This document shows, piece after piece, positions 49,887 to 62,932 of a stretch of DNA of 64,000 nt. Origin of the DNA: Entomortierella parvispora E1425 (taxonomy: Eukaryota; Fungi; Mortierellomycota). The stretch spans positions 3,162,001 through 3,226,000 of the forward strand of contig BQFW01000008.1 in assembly GCA_020891255.1 (NCBI GenBank), given 5' to 3'. The translations under genes and the position numbers were made by a program. How positions within the stretch are numbered: position 1 is the stretch's first letter; each line of letters begins with the position of its first letter. The notes beneath the pieces were generated by a model, which was not told where the DNA came from, searched no databases, and saw nothing but the letters and a program-made list of their open reading frames with translations.

Positions 49887-50494
49887 TCAATGCTTGTGGT
49901 TTTTACAAACATGTCCTGGCTCTCCGTGGCGAGGTTTTGCTGGAGCTTGTTCATGTTGCTGTTGTTGTTGCTGCTGAGGCTGTTGCTTTGATGACCGGGC
50001 CTTGTCCTTGGCCTCCTGAGCGGCCTTTCTTTCCCAGCTGAGAGGAGGACCCTTCATGAATTTGGAGATCCTTGGCTTTGCATTCTTGTAAATATCGACA
50101 GGAATGATCAGGTTTGGGTTCTTGGACAGTTCTGTGAGGTGGTCTTTTTGGATCTACAGGTTTGTTTTGAAAAAGGGTCAGATATTTGGCAACCATGCAG
50201 GTGCGGATCAAATTCATTCTATAGCAAAAAGAGACGACCCCCCGCTTTTTCTTTTTCTTTCCTTCATACCTGGAGATTGTCGACTTGGAGTTCGGCGAGC
50301 TGGATCATAGACTCGATCTCTTCTGGATCTTTTTCGTTGATGCCGGCTCTGAAATCCCCCTTGACTCGCGACAGTACGAGAGCAGATCGGGTTTCGGTGG
50401 GCATGGCCTTTCCGATCCTGAGGAGCTTCCGATACAAGTGCCGAACTCTAGCTTGCTGCTGAGGGAGTGAGGTGATGGTGGCAGCAGCGGTCAT
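49887..50494 (-). CDS. LYR-motif (complex I LYR family) protein, 2 exons, Gln-rich tail
   Basis: VRHLYRKLLR...VKGDFRAG..EKDPEEIE; splice LQ|IQKDHLTELSK keeps the frame open to ...KNHKH*. Confidence 0.75.
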
Positions 50495-50700
50495 TGTTGA
50501 GAGAGGAGAAATGTGGAATGGAGAGAGGAGGAGATGCAGAAGAATAAAAGAGAGATCAACTCGGCGGGGCTTGACCGTGTCCGTCTTGTGACTGACAAAA
50601 TGGGCGAAAAACACCGCCTGCCACTTGCATTGCATGCCATGAACTCACTTCTTCCCTTTCTCCACCTTCTTACTTAAACTAATTCACAAACCTCAAAACA

Positions 50701-51814
50701 ATGGCGAAACCTACGACAGAGAAACCCGCTAAACCTGTGGAGGAAGACTCGGACTCGGACTCGAGCGACGACGAGGACTATGTACCCGATGGTTAGAACC
50801 TGTGAATTCATGAGGCCATTGTCGCTTCTAAGTGCCCAACAGCATTCTAACAAGCCCTTTTATCCGACCTTGCCTTTCTTTGTCATAGCCAAGGATGCTT
50901 TGAGCGACGGGGATGATGATATGGATGAAAGCGACACGGAACAAGGGAACTATGCTGGAGGCGCAGAATATTCAACCTCTCGATCCGGCAAGCGGAAGAC
51001 TCTTGAAGGTGGTGACCATGATAATGCATCCAACAAGCACTTGCTCGAGAATACAGTCGATGAGGCGGAGGCGCAGCGCAAGAAGGCGAAACTGGATGCA
51101 CTCTGGGCGGAGCTGAATGCCCCTGCCCCAAAACCAGGATCGAGACCAGAACTTTTATCGGCTTCCTCAGCTTTGTCATCGTCTGGCAACAGTGGATCAG
51201 GTGGAGCCACAGAGGGAGCATCAGGCAAGATGGTGACCATTACAACGACATATGATTTCGCAGGCGAAACGGTGACGGTCACGAAGGATGTCCCAGAGAA
51301 CTCAAAAGAGGCCAAGGACTACTTTCGCAAGAAGAACAAGGAGGACGGCAAAGATACACCAGCAGCAGCAGCATCAATAGCACAAGACAAGTCAACAAAG
51401 CCATCCACGGTATTATCATCATCAACAACAACGACATCAACCTCAACATCTACATCAACAACCGAGGCACCTTCAACCTCAAAACTTTCAGATCCCAAAG
51501 CCTCATCATCATCAACTTCAAATTCAGAATCCTCAACATTAATCGATTCACCGGCAAGGAGACTCCCTGTACGATATATTCGTCGAAAATCGACCCTGGA
51601 TGCCCTTGCTGCGACCTATGGCGTCAAGAAGCCTGCAAAGATGAACACGCTCGAGAAATCCAAACTGGACTGGAACACATTTGTGGGCAAGGAGGGTATT
51701 GAAGACGAATTGAAGCATCACAACAAGGATGGTTACATGGAAAAGGTCGCTTTCTTGCAACGGACAGACGAGCGCCGCGATCAAGAGTACCAACTTTTGA
51801 AAAAGAAGAAATAA
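50701..51814 (+). CDS. SWC5: SWR1 complex subunit Swc5/CFDP1 (BCNT-C domain), 2 exons
   Basis: SDDEDYVP N-terminus; YDFAGETVTV; C-terminal MNTLEKSKLDWNTFVGKEGIEDEL...KDGYMEKVAFLQR. Confidence 0.93.
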
Positions 51815-51844
51815 TAAAATTGGATTCCAGTGCAGCCTTTATTA

Positions 51845-52522
51845 TTAATTATTTCTATCGGCTTGGATCTCCAAGAGCATCATGTTTGTGGCTTCGACGA
51901 GGGTGGTGTACTCCATGAGATGGATCTTGTTCTCCAAACTCTGAAGATCATCCTCGGATGTAATGTCGACTTCTTTGACTAGCAACGGTTCTCCTGCGTC
52001 TACAGTTTCGATTACACGGTGGACCATGGCGCCAGTCTTTGCGATCTTGCCCTGCTGAAAAGCCTCAAACGCACGCTCAATGGCCTGAATGCCATCAAAC
52101 TGTCCAGGCAGCGCTGGATGAAGGTTGATGATGCGGGTGGCAGGAGGTGTCAAGGATTGACCCTGAGGGAAGAAGTCCAAGAAGGACGTCGAAAGAATAT
52201 GCATGAACCCTGCCAGGATGATGAGATCCGGTCGAGCCTCCAGCACCAGTTGACCCAGATCAGCATCGTACTCCAGTCGAGTCTTGTTCAGCTTTCGGTA
52301 GGTGGCCAGGGCATGAACTTTGGTGGGGATGCCGGCTTGACGAGCTCGATCCAGCCCAGGGGCCTTGGCGCGGTTGGAGACGACGAGGACAAGCTGGGAG
52401 GGCAAGAGCCCAGAGATCGAGGAAGCATCGATCAACGCTTGCAAGTTGAATCCAGTCCCGGAAATGAGAACTACGATTCTTGGAAGAGGCGACGATGAAG
52501 AGCCAGAGGTATGGACTGTCAT
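51845..52522 (-). CDS. ADE8: Phosphoribosylglycinamide formyltransferase, single exon
   Basis: IVVLISGTGFNLQALID, LILAGFMHILS, INLHPALPGQF, TGAMVHRVIETVDAGEPL. Confidence 0.95.
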   Translation of the reverse strand: MTVHTSGSSSSPLPRIVVLISGTGFNLQALIDASSISGLLPSQLVLVVSNRAKAPGLDRARQAGIPTKVHALATYRKLNKTRLEYDADLGQLVLEARPDLIILAGFMHILSTSFLDFFPQGQSLTPPATRIINLHPALPGQFDGIQAIERAFEAFQQGKIAKTGAMVHRVIETVDAGEPLLVKEVDITSEDDLQSLENKIHLMEYTTLVEATNMMLLEIQADRNN

Positions 52523-52984
52523 CGTAGAGTTTGAACAGGAGGTTGGGAGGGGGAGGAAGGTTGGAGGAAAGTGAAGTGTCGTTTAAGCATTTTTTTTAAA
52601 TCTTTTTTTTTCTCTTTTTCTTTTTGAACAAGGATCTCGATGGTCTTTTAAACGAAAGAGCTTCGAAAGAGCGGCGCACATGAGTCAACACAGACAAAGA
52701 AAAGCGATATCCAACTCGGAAGGGCGTGTCCCAATTGAGGCGACCGACACTCACAGGCTCAGAAGGGACACCAAAAAAAAAAAAAAAAAAAAAAAAAAAG
52801 ACGCCGCCTTCTCCTTGTCGACAATTTCAGGTTGGTGGCAAAAATGAAATCAGTCACGTGGACACTCCGACTCCACCGCGCGCGTGAACAAAAGTGCATG
52901 CATGCATCCATTGGCCCCATTTCTCTCCCTCACTTCTTGCCACCAACCGCCCCGTCCCCCTACATCATCTCGACTACCCGCGGA

Positions 52985-55900
52985 ATGAGGTCCATTGAGG
53001 GATTGTTCAACGAATCGCACTGGGAGATCAGGATCCCAAATGCCCGCATCGAATCGCTCCAGGACGACTACAAGTCTGTCATCACGGCAAAGCCCCGCAC
53101 CCATGTCTTTTACGGTACATCTTGACCCCCTTCGCTCTCATCCCGTCGCATGTTCTCTTCCGAGGATGACATTATGCATTTCCTAACATTGGCCCTTTCG
53201 TCCCTTTTCATGGACTCTTCTCCACGCGCATCTGTACAGACGAAACCGTCCTCTTCTTTTTGCAGATTTCGCTCCCAGATGACCTCTCTACCCTGCACGA
53301 GGACACGGAGCGTCAGGTCAACGAGTTCTTCGAGTCGCTGGAAATCCAGGTCGAGGCTGCCTTTGTAGACGCCAGTTCCCTTGCTGCCTCTGCCATCTCA
53401 GCCAACGCACAAAACGCCATGTACAAGAGCCCCAACGGTCGGCCCGCAAGCACACAGATAGTGGACAAGAGAGCATCCACAACAGGATCACCTGGAGCAT
53501 TTGGAGGACGACCCGGTAGTGTCTATGATCAAGGACGTATCGAATCAACCATTCTCTTCTCTTACACATATAACCCTGCGGAGGTGGGCAAGCAACCCGA
53601 GATTCGACCCATGAACGGAGTCTGGACGGCGGTTTTCCCCTTCTCCGTCCCAGTCTGTAAGGAGGAGACTTGATGCAGCAGGCATTTTCTAGTGAAATTC
53701 GTACTCTCGAAAGCACCAGCGCCGTCTAACCATATTGAACTTTCTCCGTCGTATGAATAGCTTTCATCAGGACAAAGACAACTAACACCATGCTGATGCT
53801 CAGTGCACATGTCCTTCTCAGACCAGCGGAACAGGCGGTTCCTGTGGCCGCTCCAGTGGATGATCAGTATAACTTGGAGTGCTATAACATGGTGAACCTT
53901 TTAGAGGGTCTTTCGGATGGTATGTTGCTCTCAGAAAAGTGAAGGGTCATTCACGATGAAATGTATTGGATTTAGATCTAATCGTTGACAACTCCATAGA
54001 TCCCAACTTTACCTCGAGCATTGTTCCTCAGCACCACTATCGACCAGACACACCTCGCGCCAGGACCCAGCCTCCTCCTATGGCCCCTGTGTTGAGACGA
54101 AGTGCAAGGCGTACAATTGCCGTTCGCTCGGCCCTTAATGTTCGCATGAGAACAACGCGCGTTTCACCCATGGAGAACCCATTGATGATGTCTATTGAAG
54201 TCGAAAATAACTCGGAGCACGGAGCAAAATTCAAAGTGTCCCAGCTGGATGTTGAGGTTACAAACGCAGTTGTTACCCCACTGGATTCAGCGGCGCTTAC
54301 AAAGGTATGATGCCTTTTATTTTCAATATTGAGCATAACCTGATATGACCCCATCCATGGTGCTTACTATCCCGTTCTTTGCTTGACTTAGCTTCCTATT
54401 ATGTTGCACTCCGTCGACCATGTGACATTCCTCTTCTCTATTTCATTGCTGGACAATCCGGAATGGAGTGCTGACAGTCCACCTGCTCCCAACGGCGCTC
54501 TGGGACCACATCATCGTCAATCGAGCGAGTACTTTGTTCAACCGAGCGCTACGCGGGATGCTCAGCGACAAGTTACTATTGTTCTTCAAGGCACACCCGA
54601 GGTCGATGGCGTTCAGGGACAGATTATTCATTCACGTTGGAACTGCTTCCTGGATGTGTCGGATCTGACGAAACAAACCGGCGCCCTTTCAACTAGCGGG
54701 TCAGCGGGACCAGGATCCACGGCAGGATCTAACGCTCCTTCACAACAAAAGCAATTGTACGCACCTCAACCCTCTCATCCCTCGAGTTTGTTGCCCTCGC
54801 ACCATTCGGCTTCAGGAACGCCTACGCCCCATGGCCATCATCAACATCAGCTTCACTATAGATACCAATCTCTTCCCTCGAGTCCACAACCGCAGCAGGC
54901 GATTCAAAAGGGTCCAGCCCTTGTTCGACGAATTTCAAACAGTAGCTCGCCCAGCAGCGCTAGTGGCAGTAACGGACCTGCTTACAATCGTCATTCGATG
55001 GGACCCAATGGATTTGGCGATTCTCGTGCAAGGAGATCTTCTGTCACCCCCTCCACCGTCTCAGAAGGCGGCCCTCAGCGAGGGGCACTGACCAGTGCCA
55101 ACCGAAAGAGCGTAGTCGGAAGCTGGAGTAACTATGGTAGTCGACCAGCAAGTGACAACCATGGATTGGCTCCAGTGCAGGAGGGGTCTTCGCACCACTC
55201 TCCTGTGATTGGACATGCAGTCGCAACAAGCGAAGCAGACAGCTATGAGGATGATGGATTGAACAACAGGAACAGTGGTCGACCTGCTCTGAGTGGAGCT
55301 GGGCTATCTCCTGGACTGGGTCTTGATCTTGCGGCTCAAGCCTTGAGTGGTGTTACTCAAGGACGGCCCGAAAACGACTCTGGCGATGGCATCGTTGTCT
55401 CATTTGCAGGTAAACAGACGTGCTTTTTTTTTTTTTTTTTTTTTTTTTTTTTGAAAACGCGCAATGGTCTCTGGCAAAGGTCGTTTGTAACAATGGATAC
55501 TCATAGTTATTCTCCTTTCCTATTTGATCAATAGTCACTGACAGAGTTATTGTGGGCAAGATTTTCAACCTCGAGATCTTCATTGTCAACCGATCTCGTC
55601 ATATCCGTCGTTACACGCTTGTGGTTCCGAACCGGAAGCGGGCCAAGGGCAGTGATCCCAGTCAAGGATCCAAGGTTTTGCCCCCTCTGCCCAGTGGTGA
55701 GCTTGCCGTGGTCCAAAATGTTCCCATTGAACCCTACATGGAAGAGCCAGAGCTACTGCGTCGCCACGTCGACAATGAGACGACCGAGGCCGACATTATT
55801 TGTCTTGAGAACAACGTCCGGTTGAGCCCCCTATACCCGTTGACCTGCCAGACGCTGAATCTCCGCTTTATCGCCATCAAGGAACAGCTGCACACGATTG

Positions 55901-56025
55901 ACCTGGTACAACTGGTGGACAACGATACAGGATTTGTGACGAATCTGAGAAATTGTCTGTGCTTCATGGCGGAGGCGTCGTTCGGGGCACTGTCGCAACA
56001 AGTGGTCCCAGAGGTTGCGAACTGA
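52985..56025 (+). CDS. TRS65: TRAPP II complex subunit Trs65-like (multi-exon)
   Basis: C-terminal Trs65-type pattern IVVSF...IFNLEIFIVNRS..RRYTLVV...IICLENNVRLSPLYPLTCQTLNLRFIAIKE..HTIDLVQLVD; Ser/Pro-rich middle. Start codon uncertain. Confidence 0.7.
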
Positions 56026-56425
56026 GAAACGTGCAAACAAATAAAAATGCAATTTGTGGTAAAATACGACCGTGCAACACCAAACGAGAAGGACCCAGTC
56101 GACGGCCGGCGACTGCGATGTGCGTTGTTTTTTTTGGGAATGGAACATGCAACAGTACTTTTTTTTTTTTTATTCTTTTGAACATTCATGAGAGGGGGAC
56201 GATTAAAAATATGGACAGGTATATATACGAAAAAGATTACATGATCTTCCTACAGATCCTCACGAGAAGACGATGAAGGAGTAACAAAATGGGAAAAGAG
56301 CCAAGAGCTGGAAAGAGATTCCTCTCTACCCAAAAGTTGGCAGGTGGGTGATATGAGGCCATTATTGACTGTGGAGAACTTTCATCAGGATGGGGATCCT
56401 GTATCGTGTTGGGTCGTTGGGTCGT

Positions 56426-57621
56426 TTATGAGGAGACGGTGGCAGTTCGTGGCTGATGGGATCCCCAGCTACCAAAGAGTCCACCGCTCTTGTGGTGAGG
56501 GGGTGCTGCTGTCGCGTTCGGGTTTCCGTGGCTAGGAGGGTGGTTGCCCTTGGGAGGGTAATTGCCCTGATTGGGAACACGACTGCCTTGGTTATGACCA
56601 CTGACGGGCGCGCTGTTGTTGTTTCCATTCATGTTGACGTAGGTATGACCGTTCGTGTTGGGGTTCGCCGTTGGAACGGGGGTCGGGACATTGCGTCGAG
56701 AGGCGGCTTCGGCCTCTGCGGCCGCTTGCTCCGCAGCTGCTCGCTCATACAAGAAGGCTTCAAACAATTTAGCGTTCCTGTGGTTTCCTTTGTACAAAAA
56801 GTCGGCGAAATCTCCCAACACGGGAACAAGTCCGCACTGAGAAAAAGAAGGCAAAAAAAGAGAATGTGAGTAAAGAAAAACTCAAGTTTTGTCAGAATGA
56901 GAAAGAAAAGAATAGAGAGCTTTTGCCACTTACCCCAAAGTCCACGGCCACATTGAAGAGCATCTTGGATGTCAACTCCTTGGGGATATCGGCCTTTTGA
57001 GCAGTGTGGATCAAGTTCATGGCCATCATCAAGGTAATTGCATCTCCGGCTAAAGGAACAAGACCTATTTGTTCGATCCAAGCGTAGAAAATAAACACAC
57101 GTCAGTGGTTTCCAAGGTTCTTCAAACAGCTCTGTATCAAAAAAAACATTCATGCAATCTTTTTTTTTTGGGTCACACACAAAAAGAGAGGCAATATTGC
57201 TGGTAACCACAATATGGCACAACCACACCCACAGCCGCAACACAAAACACAAAACACAAACAAATAGAAAATAATCGGGGAACGACGCGCGAACCTCTCG
57301 AGTTCCCGGTCGCCGTTTTCTCTACGTCTTGTTACCAATGATAGGATCCAGTCCGATTTTGGCGAACCCAAGATTCAGTCCTGTGTCCAGAAGCTTGGCG
57401 CGAGCCTTGACCTTTCTCAAGATCTCTGCGTCTCTCTCGGAGAGAACGACCTTGGCTTTCTTGCTGCGGGTGAAGAAGCTCTTGAATTTGGAAGTCTTGG
57501 GAGCCGGTTGCTCATGGGTCAGGACCATATCCTGGCCACCGTTGGGAGGGATCGAGACCACGGTGGCCGGACCTTGCTGTTGCATCTGGATCTCCTGTTG
57601 TCTTTGATTGTATTTACCCAT
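56426..57621 (-). CDS. DUF4112-like membrane protein (3 exons)
   Basis: AKLLDTGLNLGFAKIGLDPIIG|LVPLAGDAI...MLFNVAVDFG|CGLVPVLGDFADFLYKGNHRNAKL is the characteristic DUF4112 pattern. Confidence 0.85.
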
Positions 57622-58194
57622 GGTGAAGGTAGAGGAGGAAGGAAGGAAAGAGTCTGTGGGGACTGGACTGTACTCGTACGACTGTGTGGAAGAAGAGGAA
57701 TCTGTAGAGGTGGATGCGAGGAAGGCTGGCCAACTGCACGGGGAATGAGGTGTGGATGAGTGAGAAGGAATGAGGAGAATGAATGAAGAGTGAAGAGAGA
57801 AGAGAGAAGTAGGGAAGAAAGAGAGGGAAGAGAAGGGAAGAGGAGAGGAGAATAAAAAGGAGAGTGAGCAAGAGCAATCGGACACTTTTGTGGACTTCCG
57901 TTGGGATGGGCAGCGCAGGGACCCCTGCTGGGGGAACATATGGATGTAGCTAGTCTCTCTTGTTTACGTCAGGGTGACCATGGACGACGAAGGTGACCAC
58001 AACGGCTAGACTCTTGTTTGTGTGTTTAGCAGGGTATTAATACTCGAGAGGAGGAAAGGGAAGAGGGAAGAGAGAGAAAGAAAGAAAGAACGAAGGAGTG
58101 GATGATGGGTCCATGTGCATGGGTGCTGTAAAGAGACATGTCTCATCACAGCCAGGAACAGGGACAGGGTCTGTCTCTCTGTCGTGTGCTTCGC

Positions 58195-58250
58195 CCGATG
58201 GACCGATGGACCGATGGACGAAAAGGGACCGATGGACGAAAAGGGACCGA
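58195..58250. repeat. Compound minisatellite (CCGATGGA x3; 18-bp GGACCGATGGACGAAAAG x2)
   Basis: ccgatggaccgatggaccgatggacgaaaagggaccgatggacgaaaagggaccga. Confidence 0.85.
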
Positions 58251-59054
58251 CAGAGAAAAAATTTTGGAGTTTTGGGGGAGGACGTCGATCGGACTTGCAT
58301 GTGGGAGAGGGCTTGGCATGGGTATTTTTAAATTTATATGACAGCTCGTTCTTGATCCTTCTTTTCCTTCCAAGGGTCCATCGATTGGTCCCTTGTCTCC
58401 ATCCTATCTTCCCTCCTCCACACCCTTCATTGTGCAACCCCGCCAAGCTTGTCTAGCCTTGTGGAGGAGGTTGTCTCTCTCTCTCTGATGACCCTCGATC
58501 GGTCAACGCTGAGCTGACACCCCACTCTGTTACGAGATTCTCCATATCGCTTGAATGTCGTCTCTCGAGCAGTAGCTGCCTGGACAACGAGCGAGCAGGA
58601 ATCATACTTCAGGAGATTGATAGCCACTGATTAGCTGTTGAATGTCTAGGATCCGATCTACGGAGGTAGACTTGATCCATAATATACACACCCCTACCTT
58701 GAGCTACATACGTTCAGAGTAGAGCGCCTGGGAATAGAGAGCGAGAGACTGGTTCCCAATCAGCCATAGGGAAAACACCGTGTTTCCGAACACTCGACTC
58801 TTACCACTGCGGCAATGGTATCTCCTCGCTTTGTGGAACATCATGGCGAAGCAGCTTTTTTTTTTTTTTTTTTTTTTTTTTAGCCCCTGCCGTGGGAGGA
58901 CCACGACCTGCAGTCGACTCTTTTTTTTTTTCTTCGACCTTCCTCCTTCTTCTTTCCCTCTCTTCATTGACACCCACACCCATACATCCTTCACGAAATA
59001 CAAAATTCACTATTCGATCCTCATCACCGGTGACACGACCATCCTCGTCAATCC

Positions 59055-62000
59055 ATGGAACAGATTCTGGCGCTTCACAATCCTACCATTCTCACAGGTT
59101 TCGAAAACACTCATATCAACGGAGATAACAATGGTCAAACCTCCTCGGTTATAAGTGACTCGGCCTACACCGGTTTGATGCTCATATGCAGGGCCCTCGG
59201 GTAGCAATCCAGTCACCCATCAACCGAAAAACTTGCTCCAGATCTGCTCCTAGATTAGTCTTACTAACAACTTTTTTTTTGTCTCTTGCCATGAACTGAT
59301 TCTCTAGATTTTTAAACGGTGTAGCTCAAGGAAATGCAAACTCCCAGAACGACGCAGGACGAATGTATGAGGATGGCGAGGATGTACCCCAAAATTACGA
59401 GAAAGCCATGGAGCTGTATAAGAAGGCTGCCTCTCAGAACCATGCTTCTGCTCAAAATAGCATGGGAATCCTGCACCGTGATGGCAAGGGTGTTCCTAAA
59501 AGTGACTCGGAAGCCAGAGGTTGGTTTGCTATGGCCCCCTGTCAAGGACTTCTCGATGCTCAGTTCAACCTAGGAATGATCTATCACCGGGGCAACGATC
59601 GCTCTACAGCTTTGGAGTGGATCATGAAGGCTGCCGACAAAGGACACGGAATGGCCCAGTTTACCATTGGCGTAATGTATTATGAGGGATACGGCGTTCA
59701 GCAGGACCTAACAAAAGCCATGGAGTGGTATTTGAGGGCATCTGATAAAGGATACGCAATCGCTCAATTCAGCGTTGGCACGATGTACGATTTTGGCGAG
59801 GGCGTTGGTCAGGACTTTTATAAAGCAGCAGAGTGGTATTTGAAGGCTGCAAATCAAGGACACGCCCATGCTCAATTTAATCTTGGCATCCTATACCAGC
59901 ATGGCAAGGGCGTTCCGCAGGACAATTCCTTGGCTGTGAAGTGGTATACAAAGGCAGGGAACCAAGGACTTGCCCAGGCTCAATACCATATAGGAGCTTT
60001 ACTTCACTTTGGCGAAATTGTTCAGCAGGATAAACTCAAGGCCATCCAGTGGTACTTAACGGCTGCCGAGCAAGGAGACATCAATGCTCAGCTCACCGTA
60101 GGATCGATGTATGATGAAGGCGACGGCGCTCCTCAGGATCACCAGGGAAGCAACAAAATGGTACTCCAGGGCGGCTGATCAAGGAGATGCTACGGCTCAG
60201 TATAGCCTCGGCTTCCTATACCAGCATGGTAGAGGAGTTCAGCTCGACAATTCGAGGGCAATGGAGTATTACAAGAAGGCAGCAGACCAAGGAAACACAA
60301 ATGCCCTCTTCTGCTTGGGAGTTGTATACTACGGGAAAGATCCACCAGACTACACTAAAGCTATGGAGTGCTACCTCAAGGCTGCAGAGCATGGCCACGC
60401 TGCTGCTCAGAACTACGCGGGAGATATGTACCGCAACAGCCATGGAGTCCCAAAGAGCTTGATCAAAGCAAAGAAATGGTATCTCAGATCGGCCAACCAA
60501 GGATACGCTTCGGCACAGAAAAAATTGGGTGACCTGTATCGTGATGGCCATGCTGTTTCCCAGGACTATTCGAAAGCATTGGAGTGGTATATGAAGGCCG
60601 CCGATCAAGGGAACGCGACAGCTCAGTGCAACATAGGCTCCATGTTCCGGAATGGCAAAGGCGTTCCCAAGGACTTCCAGAAAGCCATAGAGTGGTTCAG
60701 CAAGGCCGCCGATCAAGGAAATTCAAGTGCTCAGCTCATCATTGGCTCCCTATACCATCATGGCGAAGGTGTAACTAAGGACTACGAGAAAGCCGTGGAG
60801 TCTTATAAGTTGGCTGCCGATCAAGGAAACTCTGGCGCTCAAAATAGTATCGGGATACTGTATCGGAGAGGCCATGGTGTTCCCAAGGACCACAAGAAAG
60901 CTTTGGAGTGGTTTGTGAAAGCAGACGAGCAAGGAGATCCCGCCGCCCACCTCTACATCAGCGCCATGCACCGTCTTGGTCAGGGCGTTTCCCAGGGCTA
61001 CGAGACATTGATGAAATGGTATTTGAAGGCTGCCAAAAACGGAAACGCGAATGCTCAGTACAATGTCGGCCACATGTACCATTATGGCCAGGGTGTTACT
61101 AAGGACTACAAGAAAGCCGTGGAGTTTTATAAGTTGGTTGCTGATCAAGGAAACTCCAGTGCTCAAAAGAGTATCGGTATAATGTATCGGAGAGGCCGGG
61201 GTGTTCCCAAGAACTACCAGAAAGCTTTGGAGTGGTTTATGAAAGCAGATGAGCAAGGAGACTTCAACGCCCACGTCTACATCATCGCCATGCACCGTCT
61301 TGGTCAGAGCGTTTCTCAGGACTATGAGACATCCATGGAATGGTATTTGAATTCTGCCAAGAATGGAAACGCGAATGCCCAGTACAATGTCGGCTTTATG
61401 TACCAGAATGGAAAGAGTGTCACCGAGAACTACCAAATGGCCATGGAGTGGTATATGAAGGCTGCCGATCAAGGAGTAGCTGGCGCTCAGCAAAACATTG
61501 GGCTGATGTACCAAAACGGCCAAGGTGTCCCCAAGGACTATGAGAAAGCCATGGAGTACTTTAGAAAGGCCGCCCAACAAGGAAATGCAACGGCTCAGTT
61601 CAATATTGGCTGCATGTACCAAAATGGCCAAGGTGTTCCCATCGATTACCAAAACGCCTTGGAGTGGTTCAGGAAGGCCGCAGCTCAAGGAGATGCTGGA
61701 GCTCAGTACAACATTGGATGTATGTACCTGAGTGGTCAAGGTGTCCTCGAGGACTGCCCGGAAGCTATGGCATGGCTTTTGAAGGCCGCTGATCAAGGAG
61801 ATGTTGATGCTCAATACAACATTGGATATATGTACCTGAGAGGCCAAGGAGTTCCAAAGGACTATCAGAAAGCTATGGGATGGCTTTTGAAGGCCGCTGA
61901 TCAAGGAGTAACCGCCGCTCAAGAAGCCCTTGGCACCATGTACTACCTTGGCCAAAGTGTTCCTAGTCATAATCAAACTGCCATGGAGTGGTATGTAAAG

Positions 62001-62522
62001 GCTGCCAATCAAGGTGACCCCATCGCCCAACACAACATTGGTTTTATGTGGCACAGAAGAGGCAGTCATAAAGCAATGAAGTGGTTCAGGAAGGCTGCCG
62101 ATCAAGGAAATATAACAGCCCAACAAACCATTGCCTTTATATATTACAACGGCTATAGTTCTCGCGATCATCGAGCAGCTATGAAGTGGTTCAGGAGGGC
62201 CGCAGATCAGGGGGACGCTGTCTCTCAGAGATACATTGGCACTATGTACCTGCGTGGTATGGGTGTTCTCGAGGACTGCCAGAAGGCTATGGAGTGGTTT
62301 ATGAGGGCGGCTGACCAAGGAGACGGCACCGCTCAGTGGAGTATCGGCAACATGTACTGGCACGGCCATGGCGTTACTAAGGACGATCAGAGTGCCGCGC
62401 AGTGGTTTCGCAAGGCCGATAAACTAGAAAAGATCGATGTTCAGATACGACTTCAAACCAATTCCCAGAAGTCCAGCAAAAGTAGTCGAGTACATCCAAC
62501 TATGCAAATGGTTGTGAGATGA
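59055..62522 (+). pseudogene. Sel1-like repeat protein B, about 29 repeats, interrupted by a +1 frameshift (pseudogene or assembly error)
   Basis: Exon 1 59055-59200, intron to 59307, Sel1 array colinear with paralog A. CACCAGGGAAGCA at ~60140-60151 has one more G than paralog A (TACCAGGAAGCA), splitting ORFs 59363-60178 and 60111-62522. Confidence 0.8.
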
Positions 62523-62932
62523 GTAGTTCTGCAGATCCTTGACTTTCATGGCTCGGTGTTGTTTATTCACCTATACATGGAGGACCGAAAAAGACCTCGA
62601 GTCCCGTTGCCCTGAATTCAGTCGACGGATCGATCACCCAAAACTCTAAATTGTCCCGCGATGACCTGTTTTTGCTTTGCCATCCATCCATGTCCATCCA
62701 TCGTCAGTCTGTCCCCCTGCACTGCGCCCATGTCCCGTGTGTGGCTTCGCAATGGTCTCCTCTCTCGCCTTTGCCGTGGGAGAGGATCACTCTTTTGTTT
62801 CTTTCTACTTTGCTCTTTTCTTCTCTTTCTCTCCTCTCTTTTTGCAACACCCCCTCACACTCCGATCCTCACTTTGCAACACACAACTACCAGCTCACCC
62901 TCCTCTGGCGACATAGCCATCCAGATCGAGCC

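Noticed and set aside
16679-58880. Long poly-A/T runs and (CT)n, (CA)n, (GAA)n tracts (e.g. near 16680, 19050-19210, 42300, 45825, 46440-46530, 52775, 58860)
   Set aside because: Typical UTR, promoter and intron simple repeats; no further structure.
60750-62369. 539-aa minus-strand ORF, and similar plus-strand ORFs over 21499-23457
   Set aside because: Antisense mirror of Sel1 repeats; its periodicity is inherited from the sense array.
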